DNA from: an uncultured bacterium
Lineage (GTDB): Bacteria > Patescibacteriota > Minisyncoccia > Phycocordibacterales > UBA2100
DNA length: 64,000 nucleotides
Assembly (NCBI GenBank): GCA_903854215.1
Contig: CAINVT010000009.1
Location: forward strand, 191-64,190
Direction of reading: 5' to 3'
The notes below the pieces were generated by a model. That model was not told where the DNA came from. It did not search any database and saw only the letters and a program-made list of their open reading frames with translations. The position numbers and the translations under genes were made by a program. Positions 30,305 to 42,688 of the stretch are shown one piece after another; the stretch's first letter is position 1; each line of letters begins with the position of its first letter.

Positions 30305-31289
30305 TATCGCACAGTCACTTCCGGAACAGGAAGTAGTTGTGCCATCACGTAATGCGTTACTTGTCATCGCCGGTATGGTGATCGTCTTCGCATTGGGCGG
30401 TTTTACGACATTTGCATATTTCAGCCACGCACCGCATATGGCGAGTTCCGTCACCAAACAAACCGCAGCGGTCGCTGCGACACTGCCGGATGCATTTGCA
30501 TCGGTCAAACTACAGGCGCAAAGCAGCTATGTATACGATATAGCGACGCACCAGGTACTCTTTACGCTCAATCCTGACGCCGAACGGCCGCTTGCATCGC
30601 TCACGAAGATCATGATGGCACTGGCCGTATCGCAGGTGTTGCCGCTTGATTCCAACATAACCATTCCGTACGATACGGCAGCTCCCGATAGTGCTGAGGT
30701 GCTTACAAAAGGTTCTGTGTGGCCGGTACGCGATGTCCTCAACTTCACGCTCATAGCTTCTTCCAACCAAGGGGCAGATATTCTGGCGGGAGCCGCTAAT
30801 GACGCGATACATGCCACCTATCCGCAATCGCCGGTTGTCGGCGCGACCGTGTGGCGCATGAACAACATCGCCCGTGATCTCGGGCTTTCCAGTATGACCT
30901 TTTCCAACGATAACGGGCTTGATCTCTCATCGACGCAGTCCGGCGCCTACGGCTCTGCGCGTGATGTCGGTACGCTCGTTGCCTATGCAGCCTCAACTTC
31001 GCTACCTGTCTTTTCTGCGACGACCAAGAGTAACATGACATTCAAGAATGATGACGGCCAAACGGCGACTGCGTACAATACCGATACCGCCCTCGGTGCG
31101 ATTCCCGGCATCATCATGGGAAAGACAGGCTATACCGACCTCGCCGGAGGAAATCTTGCAGTGGTATTCGACGTCGGCGTCGGGCATCCGATCGTTGCGA
31201 TCGTAATGGGGTCGACCGAAGAAGGCCGTTTCAGCGATATGAAGCAGTTGGTCGATGCGACCATTGCGGCGGTGAATCAGGGTCAGTGA
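30219..31289 (+). CDS. D-alanyl-D-alanine carboxypeptidase (S11 family)
   Basis: SxxK (ASLTK), SxN (SSN), KTG motifs; N-terminal TM anchor; start uncertain. Confidence 0.9.
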   Translation: MSEMQPTQPEEELLLTPAPQEILLPQQTDIAQSLPEQEVVVPSRNALLVIAGMVIVFALGGFTTFAYFSHAPHMASSVTKQTAAVAATLPDAFASVKLQAQSSYVYDIATHQVLFTLNPDAERPLASLTKIMMALAVSQVLPLDSNITIPYDTAAPDSAEVLTKGSVWPVRDVLNFTLIASSNQGADILAGAANDAIHATYPQSPVVGATVWRMNNIARDLGLSSMTFSNDNGLDLSSTQSGAYGSARDVGTLVAYAASTSLPVFSATTKSNMTFKNDDGQTATAYNTDTALGAIPGIIMGKTGYTDLAGGNLAVVFDVGVGHPIVAIVMGSTEEGRFSDMKQLVDATIAAVNQGQ

Positions 31290-31331
31290 TCTATCGTTGC
31301 CCATAGAAAAAAGAGGGTATAATCAACCGAT

Positions 31332-32396
31332 ATGGACCAGTCGATCGTGAAAGTACTCGTTCCTGCGACCATTGCGTTCGTCATCGGTATACTGTCGACC
31401 CCCGTGGTCACGCACTACCTCTACAAATATCGCGTGTGGAAAAAAGTTGGGGGGAAGACTGCGCTCGACGGCTCGACCGCACATGAATTCAATCGTCTGC
31501 ATGGCGATTACGAGACAAAAACCCCGCGTATGGGTGGAATCGTCGTATGGGGAAGTGTCTTCATCACGACGATCGGTCTTGCATTTCTCGCGAGCATTTT
31601 TCCTTTCAACTCGGTCGTCCGATTTAATTTTTTGACACGCAGTGAGACGTGGATACCGTTCTTTACCCTTATCATGGGTGCAGTAGTCGGTTTTTTTAAC
31701 GATCTCTTGGATATCAGTCCTGAAGGAACAGGCCTTACACTGCGGATCCGTCTTTTTATCGTCGTCATCCTTTCGGGTTTTATCGGCTGGTGGTTCTATG
31801 CGAAGCTTGCGGTGACCGCTATTAACATTCCATTCGCACAACCGCTTTCTATCGGTTGGCTCATTATTCCGCTTTTTATTTTTGTATCGCTTTGTCTGTA
31901 CGCTTCGGGAGTGATCGACGGCATTGACGGTCTTTCCGGCGGCGTGTTCGCATCGATCTTCGCTTCGTATACGATCATCGCATTCGCGGAACAGCAATAT
32001 GAGCTTTCTGCGCTGTGCGCAACACTCGTCGGAGGTCTGCTTGCGTTCTTATGGTTCAATATTCCGCCTGCTCGATTCTATATGAGCGAGACCGGCACCA
32101 TGGGTATCACGCTCACCATCGCTGCGGTTGCCTTTCTTACGGATAGTCTGGGGCATGGCATTGGCATCGCGGTCTTGCCTATTATCGGTGGACTCCTCGT
32201 AGCTACCGTCGTTTCAAACATCCTACAAATCGTCTGGAAAAAGATCTTCCGCAAAAAACTTTTTCGCATTGCACCCTTGCATCATCATTTCGAAGCGATC
32301 GGATGGCCCAGTCCTAAAGTCGTCATGCGGTATTGGATCCTTTCGGTCATGTTCGCATTCGCCGGAGTCATACTCGCACTCTCATTCCTCCTCTGA
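31332..32396 (+). CDS. mraY: Phospho-N-acetylmuramoyl-pentapeptide transferase
   Basis: TPRMGG, DGIDGL, LWFNIPPARFYM, APLHHHFE. Confidence 0.95.
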   Translation: MDQSIVKVLVPATIAFVIGILSTPVVTHYLYKYRVWKKVGGKTALDGSTAHEFNRLHGDYETKTPRMGGIVVWGSVFITTIGLAFLASIFPFNSVVRFNFLTRSETWIPFFTLIMGAVVGFFNDLLDISPEGTGLTLRIRLFIVVILSGFIGWWFYAKLAVTAINIPFAQPLSIGWLIIPLFIFVSLCLYASGVIDGIDGLSGGVFASIFASYTIIAFAEQQYELSALCATLVGGLLAFLWFNIPPARFYMSETGTMGITLTIAAVAFLTDSLGHGIGIAVLPIIGGLLVATVVSNILQIVWKKIFRKKLFRIAPLHHHFEAIGWPSPKVVMRYWILSVMFAFAGVILALSFLL

Positions 32397-32397
32397 T

Positions 32398-33516
32398 ATG
32401 AAATCGCGCCGCGGTCACATCGATACAACACTGGCGTTCCTCATCGCCCTGCTGCTCGTTGGCGGATGCATGATCTTCGCGTCGGCGGCATTCGGCTTGC
32501 TCGCACGCGGTGCTGCCGGTATCACATCTGCGGTATTCAGTCATTTGGTCCTGGGCGTCGGTGCGGGCGTCGTTGCGCTTATCATAACGACAACCGTAGA
32601 TTATCGAGTATGGCAGCGGTATGCGCCGTACATATTTGGCGTCGCATTGCTGCTCACCGCTTGTGTATTTATTCCTCATCTGGGGGCGACATTCGGCGGC
32701 GGACGACGCTGGATCGTGTTCGCGCACGTCTCGTTCCAGCCGTCAGAAGCGCTCAAGATCGGTACGATCATCATGGCAGCGGCATATTTCGCAGCTATGA
32801 AAAATAAAATCACGACGATCAAATTCGGACTCGGCGGATTATGTGCGATTCTTGCGTTACCTGCACTGATCTTAGTCGCACAACCGGATATCGGTACGCT
32901 CGGTGTGGTATGTTCGTCGGCGCTTGCGGTCTTTTGGGCAGCCGGTGCACGTTGGTGGCATATTCTACTTTTGATCGCTGCGGGGGTGGCCGCCATTGGC
33001 TTGCTCTCGTTTGTTCAGCCGTACATCCGCGCGCGCGTCGAGACGTTTCTCGATCCGTCACAGGGGCAACAATCAAGCGGCTATCAGATCAAGCAATCGC
33101 TCATTGCGATCGGATCAGGTGAGATAATCGGACGCGGTTTCGGACAAGGGATACAAAAATTTACCTACCTTCCTGAGCCGATGGGAGATTCCATTTTCGC
33201 TGTTGCGGGCGAGGAACTCGGCTTCATCGGGACGGCGTTCATCGTGCTTCTATTTCTCGCGTTCGTACTTCGCTCATATACGATCGCGACGACTGCACCG
33301 GATCTCTTCGCTTCCCTGCTTTCGGTCGGCATCGGGACATACCTCGTGAGTGAGGCGTTCATCAATATCGCTGCAATGCTCGGTGTCGCGCCGCTCACCG
33401 GCATTCCGCTGACGTTCATTAGCCAAGGCGGAAGCGCCATGCTTGTTTCTCTTGCCAGTGCAGGAATACTTCTTAATATATCCCGACATCGTATCGTCAA
33501 ACATACTTCGGTGTAA
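32398..33516 (+). CDS. ftsW: SEDS-family peptidoglycan polymerase FtsW
   Basis: FQPSEALK, QPDIGT, YLPEPMGDSIF, GIPLTFISQGGS; between mraY and murG. Confidence 0.92.
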   Translation: MKSRRGHIDTTLAFLIALLLVGGCMIFASAAFGLLARGAAGITSAVFSHLVLGVGAGVVALIITTTVDYRVWQRYAPYIFGVALLLTACVFIPHLGATFGGGRRWIVFAHVSFQPSEALKIGTIIMAAAYFAAMKNKITTIKFGLGGLCAILALPALILVAQPDIGTLGVVCSSALAVFWAAGARWWHILLLIAAGVAAIGLLSFVQPYIRARVETFLDPSQGQQSSGYQIKQSLIAIGSGEIIGRGFGQGIQKFTYLPEPMGDSIFAVAGEELGFIGTAFIVLLFLAFVLRSYTIATTAPDLFASLLSVGIGTYLVSEAFINIAAMLGVAPLTGIPLTFISQGGSAMLVSLASAGILLNISRHRIVKHTSV

Positions 33517-33557
33517 CGTATCTTTGATATCGATGCGTAAAGCGATACAATATACGT

Positions 33558-34696
33558 ATGAAGATAGTGCTTACCGGTGGGGGCTCAGGAGGTCATTTTT
33601 ACCCGCTTATTTCGGTCGCGGAGGCGATTGAAGATATTTGCGCGGAACGTGTTCTGATTGAACCGGAACTCATATATATGGGACCTGTTCCATTCGACGC
33701 CGAGGCTCTGTTTGAGCACGATATCGCGTACAAACCAAGCTCTGCAGGTCGCATACGTTCATACAACACATTTCTCAATATCTTTAGCATCTTCAGCATT
33801 ATTCGCGGCGTGATACAGACTTTGATCCAACTCTTCGACCTGTATCCGGATGTCATTTTTTCAACGGGCGGTTTTGCCGCGTTCCCGACGTTGTTGGCGG
33901 CGCGACTGCTCCGCATTCCGGTCATCATATATGACGCAGACGCGTCGCCAGGCCGTGTATCGCTCTGGTCATCAAAGTTCGCCCGATGGGTCGCTGTCGC
34001 ACACGCCGATGCGGCGAGTAAGTTTTCGAAAAATGTACAATCACGAGTCGCGCGCGTCGGACATCCGATACGCAAAGAGATTGCCGGTACAGCAAAGGAA
34101 GGCGGCTATGAGTTTCTAAAACTTGATCCGACCGTGCCGACAATCCTCGTTATGGGCGGTTCACAGGGCGCTCAAGCGATCAATGAGACCGTACTCGATG
34201 CCCTCGCTGAATTGGTGCAGTCATACAACATCATTCATCAAACGGGATCGGCCAACCTCGATGAAGCACAGAAGATATCCTCGGTCGTATTGAAAGATTC
34301 ACGCTACGAGAATCGTTACCGTGCATTCGGTCTCTTGAACACGCTTGCAATGCGCATGGCGGCGGGAATCGCGACGATCGTTGTCGCACGTGCAGGCAGC
34401 GGAACGATCTTCGAGGTCGCCTCATGGGGCATTCCGGCAGTACTCGTTCCCATTCCCGAAGATATTTCTCACGATCAAACAGAAAACGCATTCTCGTATG
34501 CGCGCTCGGGTGCGGCGGTCGTCATCGAGCAGCACAATCTGGCACCGCACGTGCTCATCTCCGAGATCAACCGTCTCGTAGGAGATGCGGCACAGCGAAC
34601 CAAGATGTCGGAAGCCGCGCATGCCTATGCGCGCCCCGATGCCGCCCGTAAGATCGCCACCATTCTTCTCGAGAGCGCGATCGCGCACGAACCGGT

Positions 34697-34700
<4 letters not shown>
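33558..34700 (+). CDS. murG: MurG N-acetylglucosaminyltransferase
   Basis: GGGSGGHFYP, GGSQGA, RAGSGT, HDQTENA. Confidence 0.96.
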
Positions 34701-36168
<1,468 letters not shown>

Positions 36169-36172
<4 letters not shown>

Positions 36173-37500
36173 ACGGTCGTGCACGATACATAGCCACGTT
36201 CATGATGATATCGCTGTTGTCTGTGCCCGTTATTTCGTTTGCCGACGCCGCAACGAGTTCAGCAAGCACTATCCAAGCTCAAATTGATCAGCAGAATTCA
36301 CAAATAACGCAGCTGAATAACGAGATCGCGCAATATCAGAATCAGCTTAATGCGACCGATGCGAAGAAACAAACGCTACAGAGCACCTTGAATCAGATAA
36401 GTATCTCGCTCAAAAAAACAGGCACATCGATCAACCTCTCTCAAGCACAGATCAGCGCTACCGAACTTCAGATTCTCCAGCTTGCCGCGTCGATCAATGC
36501 AAAACAAGCATCAATGCAAAGTGACGAAGCGGCGCTCGGCGAATCGTTACGCACGCTTGACCGGACAGAATCGCAGCCGCTGGTGTTGCAAGTCTTATCC
36601 GACAGCAATATTTCTGCCGCATGGAATGATATCGATGAGGAATCGAATCTTCGTGATGCATTCCAGGTACAGCTGAACTCATTACAAGCCGCCCAACAGG
36701 CACTCACCAGTTCGAAAGCCGCGCAAGAAACGAAGCAGACACAATTACAACAGCATCAACAAGCATTGAAAACGCAACAAGGATCGCTCACCGCGACGAA
36801 GCAAGCACAGGCGGATCTCTTGACGCAAACGAAGGCACAGGAAGCAAATTTCCAGGCTATCATCGCGCAAAAGAAAGCGCAGGAAGCGAGCTTCGAGTCT
36901 GCATTGACCGATCTCAAAGCATCCGCCAATCAGATGGTGAGTCAAAGTGAGATCACGACCGCAGCGCCCGGCGTTCTCCAATGGCCGATCGAAGGTCCGA
37001 TTACAATCTCACAATTTTTCGGAAATACTGCATTTGCGGACGTCCACGCTGCGCTCTACAGCGGCCACGGTCATGATGGTCTTGATATAACGGCTCATAT
37101 CGGCACACCGGTCCATGCCGCACTCTCGGGTACGATCATCGGTACCGGCAATACCGATGCCACACCGGGATGCAAAGGTGGCAGCTTCGGCAAATGGGTG
37201 ATGATCCAGCACGGGAACGGTCTCAATACGATGTATGCGCACCTTTCGCAGATCAATGTCACGCAGGGCCAGCACGTTTCGACAGGAGATACGATCGGCT
37301 ACAGCGGCGAAACAGGATATGCTACTGGGCCACATTTACACTTTGGTGTCTATGTTTCGGCGGTGACGCAGATCGTGCCGTTAGGTCAGATCACGAATGG
37401 TCATTCACCGTGCTCCAAAGCGATCATGCCGGTACCGCCGGTCTCAGGATATTTGAACCCGCTGAACTATTTGCCCGCAACACCGTACAAGACGCTCTAG
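36169..37500 (+). CDS. Coiled-coil plus M23 peptidase (EnvC/NlpD-like murein hydrolase)
   Basis: Signal peptide, Q-rich coiled coil, HDGLD, YAHL and TGPHLHF. Confidence 0.92.
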
Positions 37501-37503
37501 CCA

Positions 37504-38148
37504 TCAACGCCGCTTCCTCGGCTTCCATTCTTTTTTATCCGTCGCTTTGATCTCCAACGCGCTCGCCGGACGCAATTTCTGCAACGCTTTTTTTGATGCA
37601 ATTTTTAGGTGCGGTGCATCATCCAGCGCTTTGACGAGCCAGTGCAAATCAGCTTCGGTGATGAGCCATGACGATAGCTTGTAACGCGAAAGATCGAACG
37701 GATTTGAATATTCGCGCAAGGTCTTCTTGCCGTTCTTCGACATGAAATATTCATGGAAATACGACATCACGAGCTCGCGCGGTGTCTTATAGACAGCATC
37801 GCGAAACCGCAATACGGGATGATTGGTCTTACTGATCGCACCCCAGCAACCATTCTCACGATAGAGAGTAATAACATGATCTTCATCGTCGACGGACGTG
37901 CGCAGATCCAACAGGAGCGTCTTCTTGCCGTGATAGGCGAGCGCAGCAGCAGCCAAAAGTGCACCCTCGAAACAATGTGCCGTCCGTTCGCGCAGCACAC
38001 GACGCGGTGACATATATGTCTCGCCGCGGAGTTCAAAATTGATCGGCAGGGAATCAAGAAAATCTTGAATTTTGCCGGGGGAGTCGAGCTTCTGAAATAT
38101 CCGGAGTTCTTCCTGCGAAAGCAATTTTTGAAATTCGCGCCGGCTCAT
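37504..38148 (-). CDS. Conserved hypothetical protein, transglutaminase/papain-like
   Basis: SPRRVL, AHCFEGAL, DHVI and WGAISKTNH; Cys-His pair suggests a thiol catalytic fold (inference). Confidence 0.65.
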   Translation of the reverse strand: MSRREFQKLLSQEELRIFQKLDSPGKIQDFLDSLPINFELRGETYMSPRRVLRERTAHCFEGALLAAAALAYHGKKTLLLDLRTSVDDEDHVITLYRENGCWGAISKTNHPVLRFRDAVYKTPRELVMSYFHEYFMSKNGKKTLREYSNPFDLSRYKLSSWLITEADLHWLVKALDDAPHLKIASKKALQKLRPASALEIKATDKKEWKPRKRR

Positions 38149-38737
38149 AATGCGACAATGATACCTCGCGACCGTCTTCTGTACCATGAACGTCCATAAG
38201 TAGGGAATCCGACTCCCCCGAAGTTTCCAAATTTTTTTCTTAAATTTTTAACTCACATAAGCAAGCGATGATAGGTCAGGTACGGACTCTACATGCGAAC
38301 GATCAAAATCAGCCCGACACGTCCCAGGGGACATTAAGGTGCTAAATATCCATTGACCATCGCAAACACCGGCATTGCAGACACTAGACCGCAATCGGCA
38401 AGAAGCGGGAAGATTTGTCGGCATATCCGTACTGAATGCTTTTGTGGCTTATTTGTTATAGTCATACGTCGCAAAAGATATATTGTGCGACGTTTGATAT
38501 TTTAATCTCGTCTACACCAGACAACTACCCTGTCAAGTTATCCACCGGCATTTTTCCGGATTTGAGATTCCTAGAATGCGCACTCACCCACATTCGCATG
38601 TATAGAAAATTATCTGCATTGCAATTGTGTGCACGCGGCAGTTTTTTCAGTTTTGTCGGGGGATAGACCGTATATCGGGGGATGGTTAGCTATTCCTCAT
38701 TCCCCTATTCCCTACTTCATTGATGCCTTCCTAAAAT

Positions 38738-39523
38738 TTATTCAAACTCTAAATACATTGCATTGTGATCAGATACTTCGTCTGGAAGAATTTTAAAATC
38801 TTTTACAAAAATATTTTCACCAACGAACATATAATCGGCAAAACGCTGTTCCTTCTTGTACAAACTTGTTCGTGTTGATGTGACCCCATACTCCTTGATA
38901 AGGTTTCGAAGTCCTGACTCTTCGAGCATCTTGATACTGTGTGTATCGGGTAAAAGATTAAAATCGCCGGAAAGAATTTTTCTGCCAGGTATACGTTCCA
39001 TACATTCGATGATCTTCTGGGATTGTTCTAGACGCTCGGGAGTGTCTACTTTACCGTTCGATTGAACAAGCCCGTGCAGATTGAAGATTGCTGTTTGCGA
39101 ACCATCACCGCCGGCGATCGTGCTCCACTGGATCAGACGCGGGTTGGTCGAGTAGTCTTTCCGCTGATGCGCTTCGATGTTTATTGAATTGCGTCCACCG
39201 TGTATAAACGATTCACCGTGCTCACACAGCTCGATTCGCTTTCGAATAAACATGGCGTTCCCCGTTGCGAGTTCGAAATTGACAGGACCACCATGCCCGA
39301 TACCTTCCTGTGTTATCGAAAAATAGCCCTGGTGATCGTGAAGCACTTGTTCGATTTCCTGCAAGAGGTTTGGCCGAGTATCAGCATGTACAGTATGCCC
39401 AGTCGGCGTACTCCATATTTCTTGAAAAGAAAAAATATCCACTGAATTTCTATATTTCTTCAGAAACTCTACGAGCGGATCAAACAAGTTACCGCCCCAC
39501 GTATTCAGAGATATGAGCTTCAT
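38738..39523 (-). CDS. Endonuclease/exonuclease/phosphatase (EEP) family protein
   Basis: SLN, FQE, GDFN, DYMF and SDH motifs. Confidence 0.92.
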   Translation of the reverse strand: MKLISLNTWGGNLFDPLVEFLKKYRNSVDIFSFQEIWSTPTGHTVHADTRPNLLQEIEQVLHDHQGYFSITQEGIGHGGPVNFELATGNAMFIRKRIELCEHGESFIHGGRNSINIEAHQRKDYSTNPRLIQWSTIAGGDGSQTAIFNLHGLVQSNGKVDTPERLEQSQKIIECMERIPGRKILSGDFNLLPDTHSIKMLEESGLRNLIKEYGVTSTRTSLYKKEQRFADYMFVGENIFVKDFKILPDEVSDHNAMYLEFE

Positions 39524-39532
39524 ATGCAGTCC

Positions 39533-40123
39533 TTACTTCCACGGAATCTCAAACTGCATGAATTCGGGAAGAAGTTTTCGTCCGTATAACAGGCGAGCGA
39601 TCACTTCGGCATGAGAGAGTGCGCCAGTGAGCGCATTGTGCGGGTGTGGCTCTTCGGGTATGCCGCAATAGTTGAGAACAGCGTCGAGATCCAAAGCGCT
39701 TCGCTTGTGCCGTACCGGCGGCTGGAGACCGTGCGTAATGTAGTGCATGTAGCACAACGTGTGTGTGTCGATCGTGCGATACGCGAAGGGCCAATCGGTG
39801 TGTCCAGCGCGTTCAGATGCATATTTCAAAAAGTCGCGATCGAATGATACGTTTTGACCGGCAAGTGTTCGTTCTTCCAGATTGTCACTCCATCGCAGAA
39901 ACGAATGTGCGAGATCTGCCTCACTTCCTTTCTTCGGATCAGTGATTTCCTCCTTAGTAAAGCCATTGACCGCCAAGGCACCGTCCATAATATGTGCACC
40001 GTCCCAAATGCGACATTCTTCATAGAAGCGATTCTCCGGATGAGCAAGATCAAGAGCGCCCACACTGACGATGGAATGCTTAGACGGGTCTGTCCCCGAT
40101 GCTTCGACGTCTACGACTAACAT
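39533..40123 (-). CDS. DEDDh-like 3'-5' exonuclease
   Basis: VDVEASG, QNVSFD, IDT, HNAL motifs (last Asp apparently replaced). Confidence 0.85.
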   Translation of the reverse strand: MLVVDVEASGTDPSKHSIVSVGALDLAHPENRFYEECRIWDGAHIMDGALAVNGFTKEEITDPKKGSEADLAHSFLRWSDNLEERTLAGQNVSFDRDFLKYASERAGHTDWPFAYRTIDTHTLCYMHYITHGLQPPVRHKRSALDLDAVLNYCGIPEEPHPHNALTGALSHAEVIARLLYGRKLLPEFMQFEIPWK

Positions 40124-40139
40124 ACGAGTGAGTATAGCG

Positions 40140-40502
40140 TCAATTTAACCCCTTGCAATTCTTTGCGGGAGCATAGCCGGCGGCTTTGGCGGCTGCAGCT
40201 GTCGGAAACCAGACCTGACGCTCGGGGGGAATCCCCTCCCCACCGGCACACCAGGGATAGTAATAGACACTTCCCGTCCGCGAAGCCACGTATTGGCCCC
40301 CTGGGTAGATTCCCTGCGGTGAGGCTAGAGTTGGTGCCATTTTGACTGAAACGGGCGCCTGGACGGCTTCTAGAGCCGATAAACGACCAAGTCCGAAGGC
40401 ACACAAAGCGACCAAAAGCACCACGATATAGAGCCCCCATTCCCCTACCCCGCTTTCAGTACGGTTCTTGATTTCCAACCAGACATCCTGTATACTCCCC
40501 AT
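40140..40502 (-). CDS. Membrane-anchored protein with an Ada-metal-binding-like C-terminal domain
   Basis: TM segment, then VASRTGSVYYYPWC...WF.TAAAAKAAGY.PAKNC. Confidence 0.7.
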   Translation of the reverse strand: MGSIQDVWLEIKNRTESGVGEWGLYIVVLLVALCAFGLGRLSALEAVQAPVSVKMAPTLASPQGIYPGGQYVASRTGSVYYYPWCAGGEGIPPERQVWFPTAAAAKAAGYAPAKNCKGLN

Positions 40503-40533
40503 GCGTAAATGATATCGCATCTTCTGTTTTTTC

Positions 40534-40568
40534 CTATAAGCTACAAGCTATCACCTATAAGCTAATTC
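40534..40568. repeat. 7-nt periodic repeat directly upstream of rpmA
   Basis: ctataag-ctacaag-ctatcac-ctataag-ctaattc. Confidence 0.7.
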
Positions 40569-40571
40569 TCT

Positions 40572-40847
40572 ATGGCACATACAAAAGCGGGCGGTTCCGC
40601 AAAAAACCTACGTGATTCGAATCCTAAATATCTCGGCGTCAAGCGCGCCGATGGTCAAAAGGTATCGACGGGCGAAATCATCGTTCGTCAGCGTGGCACT
40701 GCCATCATGGCCGGCAAGAATATCGGTGTCGGTAAGGATCATACGCTTTTTTCATTGATCAACGGCGTCATTCATTTTCGCACCGCACGCAAGACTAACT
40801 ACGATGGCCAATCGGTCCGTCGACACGTTGTCGATGTGATCGCGTAA
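40572..40847 (+). CDS. rpmA: 50S ribosomal protein L27
   Basis: [35 protein letters not shown]. Confidence 0.98.
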   Translation: MAHTKAGGSAKNLRDSNPKYLGVKRADGQKVSTGEIIVRQRGTAIMAGKNIGVGKDHTLFSLINGVIHFRTARKTNYDGQSVRRHVVDVIA

Positions 40848-40866
40848 ATTTCGAAGTGAACAAATT

Positions 40867-40909
40867 ACAAAGATCTGACCTTAAGGGAATCCCAAGGTCA
40901 GACCTTTGT
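40867..40909. repeat. REP-like inverted repeat / bidirectional terminator between convergent rpmA and rplI
   Basis: acaaagatctgacctt...aaggtcagacctttgt. Confidence 0.7.
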
Positions 40910-40930
40910 TTTTTGTTCTCTATTTTGTTG

Positions 40931-41374
40931 TTATGCCGCTTTCACAACGACCGTCATGTGCGCTGTATGACCGCCAAGCTTAATCGTCATCTTTGACTCC
41001 CCTATCGTTTTGATGTGACCGTCGAAATAAACCGCATCACTACTCACCTTTATTTTATATTCATTCTCGATCGCTTCGACGACTGCATCCGGTGAAAGTT
41101 GTTTATAGAGATTTCCCTTATCATTCGCTTTTGCGGCGATGGTGATTACCTTACCATCTATTTGCTTTACCCATGCACTTTCGAGTGCTTTGTGCTCACT
41201 ATCTTTATCCGCTTGCACTTTCATTTCAGATTGAACACGCACGACTTTGTCCGGAGTGGCCTGTTCGGCGAGCTTGCGCGGAATGAGAAAATTAAGCGCA
41301 TACCCGTCGGCAACATCTTTAATCGTACCGCGAGCTCCTACACCGCCGACATCTTTGAGAAATATGACTTTCAT
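40931..41374 (-). CDS. rplI: 50S ribosomal protein L9
   Basis: [26 protein letters not shown]; true start 41374. Confidence 0.95.
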   Translation of the reverse strand: MKVIFLKDVGGVGARGTIKDVADGYALNFLIPRKLAEQATPDKVVRVQSEMKVQADKDSEHKALESAWVKQIDGKVITIAAKANDKGNLYKQLSPDAVVEAIENEYKIKVSSDAVYFDGHIKTIGESKMTIKLGGHTAHMTVVVKAA

Positions 41375-41376
41375 AG

Positions 41377-42630
41377 TTAGTTGCCGTTTAAGACTTTTAT
41401 CGCGGCCTGCATTTGAGTATCCGTACTTGTCGCCGATGTCGCCTCGGTCGTGGTCGCGGTGACATCCGGCAGGATGCCGGTGTGTGGGATTTGTAGTCCA
41501 TCGGGGCCGAGCCAACGGGCGACCGTCACTTTAAGCGACGTCGTATCGGTAATCGGGAATAGTTCCTGTACGACACCTTTGCCGAAGGTGTGTGTGCCGA
41601 CGAGCTTCGCGACGCCATAGTAACGCATCGCATCGGCAAATATTTCGGATGCCGACGCGGAGCCTTGGTCAACGAGGATCACCGCTTTTAGATTTTTGTT
41701 GAAGATACTGTAGCCGAGCGAACGATGAATGATGTTGCTCGCGTGGCCATCATAATCCTCGGTGACGACAACATCGCCGGATGGCAGGAACCAGCTTGCC
41801 ATATCGACGGCCGCATCGAGATAGCCGCCCGGATTACCGCGCAAATCGAGGATAAGCTTATTGTCTCCTGATTGTACGAATGAGCGCAACGCATCGCGGA
41901 AAAGATCCGGAGAATTGCTCGTGAACTGCGATACGGCGATCACATAGATACCGCCGGTCTGCGTCGATGTGGTAACGATCGGTACGTTGATGACCGCACG
42001 AGTGACTTTGAAATCTTGCGGCGCACTCCAGCCATCACGCATGATGGAAAGCGTGACGACTGTTCCGGCGGCTCCGCGAATGTCATCGACGGCGGTATTT
42101 ACATCCATACCGGAAGTGGAAACACCGTTGATCGAAATGACTTGGTCGCCGCTTTTGATGCCCGCAGCTTCCGCCGGCGTACCCTTGAGCGGCGAAATGA
42201 CGGTCAATACGCTGTTCTTCACGTCGACCTGCATACCGACGCCGGCGAACGAGCCGCTCATGCTCGAGCTAAAATCGGTGTTTTGTTGCGGCGGAAGGAA
42301 GAAGGTATACGGGTCATTCAAGGAGCCTGCCATTCCCGAGATCATTCCCCACACCTCCGTCTGATCAATACCCGCGGTCGACGTAGCGATCGGCGTCGAC
42401 GTAGCAACGGCATCCGGTACGAAATTTTGATTGAGGATGTTCCACGCTTTCCATACGGGTGAAAAGTCGATATTCGACGGTTCCGCGCTATCAGAGCTCA
42501 GATTGACCGTTATATCTGCCGCGCGTACCGATATGAGAAATCCCGCACCGAAACCCGTAATAAGGAATAGTACCGCAGCGAACGCCGCCGACCGCACCGA
42601 CAAGAATCGCCTTCCATCGTGTTCATACAT
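41377..42630 (-). CDS. Carboxyl-terminal processing protease (S41A, PDZ)
   Basis: DPYT, PDZ domain, [24 protein letters not shown]. Confidence 0.93.
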   Translation of the reverse strand: MYEHDGRRFLSVRSAAFAAVLFLITGFGAGFLISVRAADITVNLSSDSAEPSNIDFSPVWKAWNILNQNFVPDAVATSTPIATSTAGIDQTEVWGMISGMAGSLNDPYTFFLPPQQNTDFSSSMSGSFAGVGMQVDVKNSVLTVISPLKGTPAEAAGIKSGDQVISINGVSTSGMDVNTAVDDIRGAAGTVVTLSIMRDGWSAPQDFKVTRAVINVPIVTTSTQTGGIYVIAVSQFTSNSPDLFRDALRSFVQSGDNKLILDLRGNPGGYLDAAVDMASWFLPSGDVVVTEDYDGHASNIIHRSLGYSIFNKNLKAVILVDQGSASASEIFADAMRYYGVAKLVGTHTFGKGVVQELFPITDTTSLKVTVARWLGPDGLQIPHTGILPDVTATTTEATSATSTDTQMQAAIKVLNGN

Positions 42631-42688
42631 ATGCGGATAGTATCTCACAGTCTTCTCGGGTAACAAAGTATGAGCTAATCGCCGAAAA

